DNA from: Ranitomeya imitator
Taxonomy: Eukaryota
Direction of reading: 5' to 3'
Length of the DNA: 64,000 bases
NCBI RefSeq assembly: GCF_032444005.1
Contig: NC_091282.1
Coordinates: 1,103,662,001-1,103,726,000 of the forward strand
The translations under genes were made by a program, and so were the position numbers. This document shows, one piece after another, positions 40,301-52,300 of this stretch (positions within the stretch are counted from its first letter, which is position 1; the number at the start of each line of letters is the position of its first letter). The notes beneath the pieces are model-generated. The model made no database searches. It saw only the letters and a program-made list of their open reading frames with translations, and had not been told where the DNA came from.

Positions 40301-43300
40301 TAGTCACCCGGTCAAACATCCTGTTCAGCAAACGGGGAACGACTGGGAAAATAGTGGGCTGCAGAACTTTCAAGTCATCCATCAGTAAGCGGATGTCTCC
40401 TTGGAAGAAGCCTATTCTTGCTCCATGACAAAGTACCACACACTAAAAATACAAGATCTGAGCGTTAGATGGGTCAAATATTGCAAACCAGTGTTACACC
40501 TTTTGGTATGACATTAGGAGACACCAGAAAAAGACAACAAACAACCCCCTTTTTTCTAATCCGGACCAATCACTTTCACTTAAATCACCTACACAAATGC
40601 CATTAGGGATAGGGAGAACCAGTTGGCTACTTTAGAGGGATGGCGGGTTATCGTGAAACAGACAGACAATTTTGGTTCTCTCGAGTTTTTTTTTTTAGCG
40701 CTAAACACTTCTATAGGGGCTAGCAGAGGGATAAAAGAATAACCTGAGCTGGCACTCCACTCTGCTCCAGCAGCTCAGCCAATGTAGACGGCATGATCCG
40801 CTGAGCTCCGCGACTGGCTGCAGTGGACATGTACACTGTTAGTGTTGACACCGCTGCAGTCAGTCAGACCAGAAGAGCAGTTGGGAGCAGTTACTTGAGC
40901 AGGTGGGGGCTGGCCAAAAAAAAAAATTAAAAAAGTAAAGCCAGAAAATGCCTTTTAACATGTTGAAAGCAGTGGGAGCAAAGTGAAGAGTCACTAAGAC
41001 ATACATGTGTGCGTCACTCAATACTTAAATGGTAATTTAATGAATTCGTTTTTTTGCTTCCATTGATTAGAAAAAACAGGTATCTTATCTAGTTTCAATC
41101 TTTGGAGTGTAGATTATTCTTATTTTATGCTCTGTACAGCATTAGCCATCTTTGAGGGTTTTTATTTTTAAACAGCAACCACATGAACCTCAGAAAATCA
41201 GCTTCATACCAAAATTTTCTTGCCCTGCCATGTAGTCTGTAGTCATTGTGTCAGTAGGTATTGGAAAACCTCTGACCATCACCTATTGTGAAGGACATCA
41301 CCATATGGCATTTTAACCCCTTAACAACCTTTGATGTGCATTTACATCTAAAGCGGTGTTCCCTGCCTTAGACACGGGCTTGCACGCCAAGCCTGCATCT
41401 TTCCCGGCGACAAGCTTTCATACAGCTATGTGGACTGAAAGATTAAAAAAAAAAAAGTTATTGCCCCCTAGCGGACCCTCATGACCCCACAGTGTCCTTG
41501 TACACTGATGCTTCGCACTATGTGCTTAGCCAACAACAGTCCCACCCCCCCTTCCCAACGAGTTCTTCCTACCCTTTCCTAATCATAGTTATTGTTCAAC
41601 CTGCCCTCCCTTCCATCCCTACTACTCGCCCGAGTACACTCTACCAATTTGGTCCACCTAACAATAATTTCTCTAACTCCGCCAACGACCCAAAACTTAC
41701 TGCCAACATAAGCAAATTCAACAACCATCTATCATGCCATTAACGATCCTATCACACAATGTGAGGGGCCTAAATTCCCCTCACAAACGCACTAAGGCCT
41801 TTCGTTATTATAGATCCCAACAGGCAGATGTGGTTTGCCTCCAAGAGACGCACTTCTCAACCAGCTCCTACCCCAAATTTATGTCCACTTCGTATCCACT
41901 TTTCTACATGGCGAACGCCCCAAATAAAACCAAAGGAGTCGCGGTCTGTTTTAAAAAATCTGTCCCCTTCGTTTTTAAGTCGTCAGTGGCTGATAAGGAA
42001 GGACGCTATATCATGGTGACAGGTTTGATATCAGATGAACTGGTCACTTTAGTCTCCTATTATGCTCCCAACTCCCACCAAGCTGCCTTCTTTTCCCAGT
42101 TATTGGAATTAGTCTCCGAACATGCCCAAGGCACCACAATACTATGTGGAGACTCCAATTGCATACTGAAAGCTAGCCTCGATAAATCCTCAAGTCCCCA
42201 TTCCTCTAATCCCCCGCAGCCTTACCCTTCTGCGGATTCAACCGCTCTTAATAAGATTCTCGCCCAACACCACTGGGTGGACTTATGGAGGGAGATCCAC
42301 CCCTCCAATAGAGACTACACGTACTTCTCCGCACGCCACTTAGTGCACACTAGAATCGACCACATATTCGCTAACCCATCCTTCCTCCCAAACATCTCTA
42401 ATATATCCATTCTTTCTACACCCTGGTCAGATCACTCCCCAAATCTCCTCACATGCTCGACGCTCCACCCACGGCCCCGTTCATTCAACTGGGCTCTGAA
42501 TGACTCACTGCTCTCTTATCCCGATATTTCTCAAAGGCTGAAAAATCACATTGATGATTATTTCTCCTTGAATCAACATTCAGCTACATCGCCAATCTCC
42601 CTTTGGGAAGCACATAAAGCAGTGCTTAGAGGTCTCTGCATTCAAGAGGCCTCCCGCAAGAAAAAAGACAGGAACGCGAGGATAGCTGAACTGGAGGGCA
42701 GGGTGTCAGCCTTAGAGTCTCAGATGAAAAGCACTCCTTCACCAACTACGTATCGCGACCTTCTCCATGCTCGCACTGAATTAGATCTTAGTCTCACTGA
42801 GATCGCAGACCGGGCCATACGATGGTCACAGCAACGCTTCTACGCTCTCAATAATAAAAATAACTCTAATTTAGCTCGACGCTTAAAATGCCTACCCTTA
42901 CCCAGGCCCCCTATTCGAATACGCACACCTGCTGGTATCACATCTAATCCACAACAAATTTCCCACTTTTTCCAACAAAAACTTAGGCAGCTGTACAAGG
43001 CCCCAATTACCTCGAATTCAGAAACGATAGAGACATTTTTAGACTCTATTCCCCTTCCAGCTCTTAGCTCCGATTTGATTGAACTCCTCAACCAAGCCGT
43101 AACGCCAAGTGAAATCGAACTAGCCATTCAACACTTGAAAACCAATAAAAAACCAGGCCCCGATGGTTTTACGGCCCTCTACTATAAGAAATATGCTCCA
43201 ATTCTGATCCCCCACCTCACTAATTACTTTAACTCTTTGAGAGAAGGCAATAAGCCAGGTGCAGCCTCTCTAATTGCTGCAATATCTATGATACCTAAAC

Positions 43301-46300
43301 CCAACACAGACCACCTACTCTGGTCTAATTATAGACCAATATCCCTTATCAACATAGATCTCAAAATTTTAGCCAAAATATTATCCCAAAGACTGAACTC
43401 TGGCCTGGGTACCCTAATCCACAAAGATCAAGTGGGTTTTGTCCCTCGGAGACAAGCTTCAGACAATATACGGAGGGTCTCCCATCTGTTGCACCTCTGC
43501 AAACACCGTGACATACCAAGTATGCTACTGTCATTAGACTTCAAGAAAGCCTTTGACTCTATCTCATGGCCATATTTGTTTGCGGTGCTGCGGAGATGGA
43601 AGTTTCCCGACCACTTTCTCTCTTGGATTTACGCTCTCTATAGCTCCCCTTCGGCCTACGTACGTTATAATGGCTTTTCCTCCACGTATTTCCCTATTAG
43701 TAGGGGAACCAGGCAGGGATGTCCCCTTTCACCCCTGTTGTTTCTTTTGGCGCTTGAACCTTTAGCTATTCATATGCGCCTTAATTCTGAAGTTCAGGGA
43801 GTGGAAGTGGCGTCAGTTTCTCATAAACTTCTTTTATTTGCTGACGACATGCTTTTGCTTTTGTCGTCCCCTAAGACTTCCTTGCCGGCCCTCTTACATA
43901 CCCTAGAAAGCTTCGAAACTATATCCGGCCTCCACTTAAACACCAGCAAATCCTACGCTATGAACATATCCCTTTCGCGACCTACTGTTTCACTACTTCA
44001 GCACAACTTTCCGTTCCAATGGGCCACTGACCATTTGGACTATTTGGGGATTAAACTAACAGCTAACCTAGACTCCCTTTATGCGGCTAATTATCCTCCT
44101 ATGCTCCGGAAACTTCGCCTTCTGCTCCAATCATGGGAGAAACTACATCTCTCTTGGTTGGGCCGAGTACGTGCGCTAAAAATGACAATCCTCCCTAAAT
44201 TGCTCTATCTATTTCGCGTTCTGCCTATACCTATCCCCTCACACTTCCTTAAAATGGCCCAAAGGTCTATAGACACCTTCGTATGGAGAGGAGGCATCCC
44301 GAGAGTTAACAAGGCTACTTTATACCGCCATCGCCTAAAAGGGGGTTTGGGAGTCCCCAACCTCTTGAAATATTACCGAGCAGCTCAATTAGGCCAACTG
44401 ACTTTATACCATGCTTATAACGAACCCCCATTATGGCTATCCCTGGAAGCATTCGAAATGCAACCCAGTACTCTAGACACAGTACTATGGATCCTCCCAA
44501 CTCAACGCAAACATATCTCGAACCCCATTATAAAGCATTCTCTTACAATCTGGGACACTTTAAAATATTCCTCACAACTGATCTCACCCTTTTTACCCCT
44601 CGCTCCCATTTGGGGTAATACCCTATTCCCCCCAGGCGTGGGATCTATCAAAAGTTTTTATAGATGGGTCGAAGCCGGCATAACCAGGGTTCACCAGCTG
44701 TTCAATATTGATGGGATAATCCCATTCGCGGCTCTACAGGAAAAGTACCACTTCCCCTCCGGAGAAATCTTTCGATACTTACAATTAAAAAACTTTGCCA
44801 ACTCCTTATTAAAAAATTCTACCCCTCCTTACTCCATGACCCCTTTTGAACAAAAGTGTCGTCAAAACCCACATGCCTCGGGGATTATTTCTCTCCTCTA
44901 CTCATACATTAATGCCCCTTCCCATAGGCATTGTTTGAAATATACCGTTCGTTGGGAGTCGGACATCGGATCTACCCTGACAGACTCGGAATGGTCCCAA
45001 ATTTGGTCCTCATCTACTGGAGGAATGTTAAACACACTTATGTTAGAAACCAACTACAAAGTGTTAACCCGATGGTATCTGACCCCCGCTAGAGTAGCTA
45101 AAGCTGTGGCTAACCACTCCCCAAATTGCTTCAGAGGTTGCAATTCAACAGGAGACATGTTCCATATATGGTGGCTTTGCCCGATTGTCAGAAGGTTCTG
45201 GATTAGGATATACCATTTGGTTTTTTCCATAGCGAACATTAACCTTAAAAAAAACCCATGGGAGGCACTACTTAACAAGCGCATCCCCAACATCCCTAAT
45301 CATACCCGATCCCTTATCTCATTTATATTTTTAGCAGCGAAACAAATCATTGCTTTGGCATGGAAAAAACCAAACTTAGACTTTTCCGCAGTCAAAACAC
45401 GCCTCACCTGGTACATGATCAATGAGAAATTGTCGGCTATACTAATGGACAAAGTTGGAAAATTCGAGAAAATATGGCTCCCCTGGGCGGAATACACCAA
45501 CCATACCCCTTTTGCCACACCGGTACTATACCCAACTAACTACATTCAGTCGGATTCAGAATAACCTACCAAACCCTTTAGACGTTATACACCTCTTTAC
45601 TCGGGCTCCCCTCCCCCACTCCCCCTTTCCCTTACTTTGGTTAGGTTGTATGATTGCATGTCAGTTAACCACATGCACTATTGTTCAGATTGTATGTAAA
45701 GACTTATCCTGATTTTTTTTTGATTATCTTGATTATCACGTAAATGTAAACCGAAAACTTTCAATAAAAATTTATTGTTTAAAAAAAAAAAAAAAAAAAG
45801 TTATGACTCTTAGAAAGGGAGGAAAAAAATGAAAAAGGGAAACCACCTGGGAGTGAAAGGGTTAAAATAGGTGTTACCCATCATTGTAGGCCTCCTGCCT
45901 GTGATTATAAGGAAAAGTGATCTTTACAAAACAGAGGAGCCATTTATCAAGGCTGGCATTTTTCATGCCAGACTAAACAAGAGGTAATCATCATAAAGAC
46001 CTATTGTTTGGACTAGGTTTGTGTGTCACATGTATTTTATAAAAACATAAATAAAAAAGTGGCAATGTTTTTTGTTCACATTATTTAAAAAAAACAAAAA
46101 CAGCCTAACGAGTTCCACATTACCAATTTAGATTTTTATTTATTCTTTAGAGCAACTACCCCCACCCCACCCCCCCCTCCCAAAAACAAACACATTTTTT
46201 CAATGGCCACCAGGACTTTACTACTTTTTATTTTGGGAAATACCACTTTTACACATGGGGTCAGAGCCACAATGGTGACAATCTTCTGTATTGCATTGTC

Positions 46301-49300
46301 CAAGTTTGGAAAAGGTTATTATGGGGGGGTCAGCAAGGTGCAGAAAGCAGGGTCAGATGCGACATCTATGGTAAATGGTGCACCCGTGATATCAGCTGCG
46401 TATGGAAGGCCGCAGTCACACTACTGTACAACTGGTGAGTGCAGTGCGATGAATCACCACATAGCACTTGGCACAGTGTTAACGATTATTTTTTTAAGGA
46501 GATTCGGCATGAGAACCATCACAGCATGCTGCGATTTGCAGAGAAACTCTGCTCACTCACACCCATACAGTTTTATGGGTGCATGTGAAATATCACACTA
46601 CACTCAGATATCACCCAAGTGCAGTGCGATTCCCACCAACATCGGCAGCAGAGACGGAGAAATTACTGTCTCCGTCTCCTCCACAGCTGTGCTCCGATCC
46701 TGTCATGCGAGAGCGTCGGCGCACACCGCCCCAACACTCAGCTCACGCTCGCAGCAGAGCCGGAGCCAAGTATCATTAGCATATCACTCCTGATTCTCAC
46801 ATCCGATACTATACGCTGGTGTGACACCGGCCTTCCTGCAATCCCATCTCAGATACACAAACTCCTGTGACCATGGTTTCCTTCTCCTCTCTACTCTGCC
46901 TCTGAAGACAAATCTGTCAAAAAAAAAAAAAGAGGGGGGTGGAGAATGAGGGGAAAAGCAGGTGGGATGGCGTATTTAAATTATTGGCCCCTATATGATG
47001 CAGAGCGCCTGGACTTGGTTTGAACAGTCATCCTGTGCTGAGAGTTTTACACTGTCTACTGAGGCTTTTTTTTTTTCCTTCTCTTAGACCCCTACTTCTT
47101 TTAAAGAGTTAATAGGATTTTCCATATCAGTAGAGGCTGACCTGCAGTAACAGGAAACACCTCTATATACAGATGACAAAGGATCCACTAATCACAATAG
47201 GGAAGTCACAGCCGACTCCTCCCACAGTGACCTCTGCACACGCTCATTAGACACTCAAACACAAAATATAGGGTCAAATTCTCACCATTGTGGCTATGTA
47301 CAAGTGTTATTTCCTGAAACAAAAAGGAAGTGTCTAAAAAAGTCCCAATGGCCAGTCAGAAAAATTGCAAGATTTGGGCTTTAATTTTTAATACAAATGG
47401 TGCCAAGTTAAACGTATTTTTTTTAAAAACATTTTTGGCAGAAGTACAAAAACCTGATTAATAGGCAATTTACTGACGTTCACGTCCCTGTAATGAAGGG
47501 ACAGCTAGAGTCAGAGGAGACAAATTCATCAAGAGTCTCAGCTGCCATGCACGAAGCAAGAAACGTATTTCAGTTCTCCGTAGCGTACATTATTTTCTTG
47601 CCATGGTGTTTTTGTTTTGTTTTTTTTAAAGTTGGCAGAGGTGGCCACGCCTGGAGTAAAAACATTAAGTAGTAAGTTTTGGGGGGCAATGAGTTACATA
47701 AATATTTTGCAAAATTTCATATAGTTTTGCAGAGGAATTCTGGCAAAAAAAAAAAAAACTTAATGAATTGAGGTCAAAGTATCAAATTCATATTGTGAAA
47801 ACTGCAAGATATCGATCAAATACAGGTTGTTCGCACTTTGTAGGGTCATGGAGCTGCCTACTTTACAGATATTTTGGGCCACCAACCTGTGTAGGTTACG
47901 GTGGATAAGTCGAGAATTTATGAAAGGGCATTGGGCATTTTATAACTTCCTAAAAAAACAAACCACCTTTAATGGTTGTATTACAAGTGTTGAAATAAGC
48001 CAGTCGATAGGTGCACCTTTCATAAACTCACATGTAATGGAAGCTACTTACTACCTACCTCCCATGTCTAGCCTATGGGCACATCCACAAGAGACTATAA
48101 GGGATCTTACCTGTACCAGTCTTTCAAACATGTGTGCCAGAGGCAAATAGGAAACATGTATATCACTGGCGTTCAGTGTAAGCAAGCTCTGGAAAATATG
48201 ATAAAAAAGTACTGAGCATATAAAACATACCAGGCCTCATGCCTACCTCCACAACTCTCTCAAACATATGCGCCAGCGGCAAGAAAGAGATAACAACATC
48301 CTGAGTAGAAGGAAACGCCAACTCCTGGACACCAGAAGGAAGAGATCAGCACAAAGATTTATTTTTTCCCCTCAAATTAAAAGTACGGTAATCAAGTCAG
48401 ATGGTTAGTAAAAAGATGTAACGATTTGCATGCACAATTGCCATAAAGAAAAGCAGTTTTGCAGCACCTCACTACATTACCTACAGAAAAAAGGAGAAGG
48501 CGTTTTGAGATTTACACTAAATGGAATCAAGGCATTTAAAGGGAAGCCGTCACCCCATTTTTCGCCTATAAGCCAAGTCCACTGCCATCAGGGGCATTCT
48601 GGTATGCTGTAGATAAGCCCCCGATGTAACCTGAAAGGTAAGAAAAACTAGTTAGATTGAACTCACCCAGGGGCGGTCCGGGGGCCTCCCATCTTCATAC
48701 GATGACGTCCTCTTCTTTTCACGATGCGGCTCCGGCGCAGGCGTACTTTATCTGACCTGTTGAGGGCAGAGTAAAGTACTACAGTGCTCAGGAGCTGGGC
48801 CTCTCTGACCTTTCCCGGCACCTGCGCACTGCAGTACTTTGCTCTGCCCTCAACAGAGCAGATAAAGTGCGCCTGCGCAGGAGCTGCGACAGGAAGCAAA
48901 GAAGAGGACGTCATCGCATGAAGATGGGAGGCGCTGGACCCAAACCGTGACGCCCATAGGACCAGACTGCACCAGGACCGCCCCTGGGTGAGTATAATAG
49001 AACCTGTTTTTCTTATGCTGTAGAATGCTGTAGATAAGCCCCTGATGGCGGTGGCATAGGCGAAAAATGGAGTGACAGATTCCCTTTCAGACAGCACCCA
49101 CTTACATTTCCTAGAAGTCTATCAGGAAACTATTGGCCCTCATACACTTCGTGATAAACCATCAGACATTTTGTTTTACAGTAGTCAGCTTATTAATAAG
49201 CCCTTTCGCAACATTATTAGGTGCAATATGTAATCTGATGACTATTATACGGCTGATCACTACTATTTTCCCTCAGATTTCTAAACGAGCTGAAAGGGCA

Positions 49301-52300
49301 CTGGTGAGTTATTGGCCTCCTGATTCACAGCCTGCATGTTACCATCATACAGTTTCCAGCATTATTGTATCCATTCATTTAATCCTAGTTGTAAGCATGC
49401 TTGTTTAAAGGGTAACTGTCAGTAAGATCAATACCCCCCAAGACATTTACAGCGGGAGAAAAAAAGTATTGAAAACGTCAGTTTTCCAAGTAAATATTTC
49501 TAGATGTGCTATGGGCATGAAATTCTCACCACATATTGGTAACAACCCAAAAACCTCACATGCACATAATTTATGGAGATCCAGGCTTTAAATTAAGTTG
49601 GGAAATGAGAAATGACAGGGAAAGTAGTATTTAACAGATGAAGAAGTGAAAGAAAAAAAAAAAACACAACATTTGCATGCATTCACATTTATGTGCAATG
49701 TGTTCTGAAAATTTTTCTCAAGGAGAATTTCCTTGACAAGCTACGTCGAATGGGCGTGGCTCATGGGATTTCTGTATGTAAACCCTTGTGCCAACGCAAG
49801 CGAACACATGTCCTTGCATTCCCATAGACTAATGCGTTGTTTTGACACATTCCTTCCACGAGCGTCCGCATGCGTATGGCAGTGGAAATTTGATGCCAAA
49901 AAAGTTCTAACATGGTGCGTCAGCCGCGCCCAGCCGCACACCATGAAAATACGCATGCGTAAGCAAACGCGAGCGAACACATGCACCTGTGTCTGCAATG
50001 TTAACCCCTTCATGACCTTGGGATTTTCCGTTTTACCGTGTTCGTTTTTCGCTCCCCTCCTTCCCAGAGCCATAACTTTTTTATTTTTCCGTCAATATGG
50101 CCATGTGAGGGCTTATTTTTTGTGGGACGAGTTGTACTTTTGAACGACATCGTTGGTTTTACCATGTCGTGTACTAGAAAACAGGAAAAAAAAATTCCAA
50201 GTGTGGTGAAATTGTAAAAAAAAAAAAAAAAAGTGCAATCCCACAAGTTTTTTGTTTGGCTATTTTTGCTAGGTTCACTAAATGCTAAAACTGACCTGAT
50301 ATTGTGATTCTCCGGGTCATTAAGAGCTCATAGACACCAAACATGTCTAGGTTCTCGTTCATCTAAGTGGTGAATAAAAATTCCAAACTTTGTTTAAAAA
50401 AAATAAATAAATAAATAAAAATAAGATTTGTGCCATTTCCGATACCCATAGCATCTCCATTTTTGTGATCTGGGGTTGGTTGAGGGCTTATTTTTTGCGT
50501 TCCAAGCTGATGTTTTTATGGATACCACTTTTGTGCAGATATGTTCTTTTGATCGCCCTTATTGCATTTTAATGCAATGTCGCGGCGACCAAAAAAAACT
50601 TAATTCTGTTCTCGCACGCTGTTTAGCGATCAGGTTAATGCCTTTTCTTTTATTGATCGGGCGATTCTAAATGCGGCGATACCAAATATGTGTAGGTTTG
50701 ATTTTTCTTCATCGTTTTATTTTGAATGGGGCGATAGGGGGGTGATTTAAAACTTTTATATTTCTTTTTTTTTTAAACTTTTGCCATGCTTCAATAGCCT
50801 CCATGGGAGGCTAGAAGCTGGCACAACTTGATCGGCTCAGCTACATTGCAGTGATCATCAGATCGCTGCTATGTAGCTGAAATGCAGGCTTGCTATGAGC
50901 GCCAACCACAGGGTGGCGCTCATAGCAAACCGGCATCAGTAACCATAGAGGTCTCAAGGACCTCTATGGTTACTATGCAGAAGCATCGCTGACCCCCGAT
51001 CATGTGACAGGGGTCGGCGATGCGCTCATTTCCGGCCCGATGGCCGAAAGTGCCGATTAAATGCCGCTGTTTGCGTTTGACAGCTGCATCTAACTAGTTA
51101 ATAGCGGCGGGTGAATAGCGATTTCACCCGCAGCTATTGCGGGCACATGTCAACTGTTCAAAATAGCTGACATGTCCCGGCTTTGATGCGGGCTCACCGC
51201 CGGAGCCCGCATCAAAGCGGGGGTTCTGACCTCGGACGTACTATCTCGTCCGATGAGGTCAGAAAGGGGTTAAAGATAGGAAATCAAGATGCATGCGGAT
51301 GTATGCGTCAGAAACGCTGCGGACAACTGCAAATGTGAAATCAGCCTTATTCCACTGTTTTGTTTTTTAATTCTGTAAATGAGCTGTTCAGATCTATGGT
51401 CTGGACACTGGTCTGCATGAGAATCTGCCTCCAGAGATTTTAAGTGAAATGAGGCTTTACCAGTGTGAGATCTATAGATCCGAAGAACAGACTGTCAGTC
51501 ACTACATGTCTCACACTGGTAACTGAATGATTTAGGCCGGCGTCACACTGGCGTATTGCATCCGATGCGAGATCATCCGATACGATATGCTAATGACACT
51601 CGGCTCCTGCTCGCAGCAGAGCAGGAGCCGAGTGTCATGCGTCTGTGCTCCGATTCTCTCGTACAGGGAGGATCGGAGCACAGCTGCGGAGGAGGCGGAG
51701 AAATGAATTTCTCCATCTCCTCCATTGCTGGAGTCCGCTTATAGCACACACCACTCGGATGATATCCGAGTGGTGTGCGCTGTCTCACTCGCACCCATAG
51801 GCTTATATGGGTGCGAATGAGCCAAGAGTTTTCCTCGGTCCGAGACAATCGCAGCATGCTGCGATTGTCTCCAACCGAGGAAAACGGCTGACAAAAAGTC
51901 AGCTGCTTGGAGCTGCCCCATAACTTATCATTGGTCCGAGTGCAATGCAATTTTTTTATCGCATTGCACTCGGCCGTTTAAAGCGCCAGTGTGACGCCGG
52001 CCTTAAAATAATCTCTGGAGGCAGATTCTCAGGGAGATGTGTCCGGCCAATAGACCAGAACAGCTGAGACATATACATTTGCTTAGGAAGGCTGATCCTA
52101 CTGACAAATTCCCTTTAAAGCAGATCTTAAGATATTTACTCAGGTCTGATGGTCAATATCATGAGCCCTACAACCATATGCTTGTAGAGAGAATCAGTCA
52201 TTCCTTCCTAATAGGTCAAGTCTCTGCACTATAATGATAATTGTTCATTCCCATCACTGCTCAGTAGGACAATCCTGAAATTTCCAAAAGAGCTTCTGCA

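Larger units (their letters stand above)
41317..45861. mobile_element. Short piggyBac-like TTAA MITE hosting the L1 insertion
   Basis: TTAA|CCCCTT at 41313-22 and AAAGGG|TTAA at 45856-65. Confidence 0.65.

Noticed and set aside
52150-52200. HMLVERI peptide resembling a third gate exon
   Set aside because: On the strand opposite ACSL1, with no LPLAH motif or matching splice sites.
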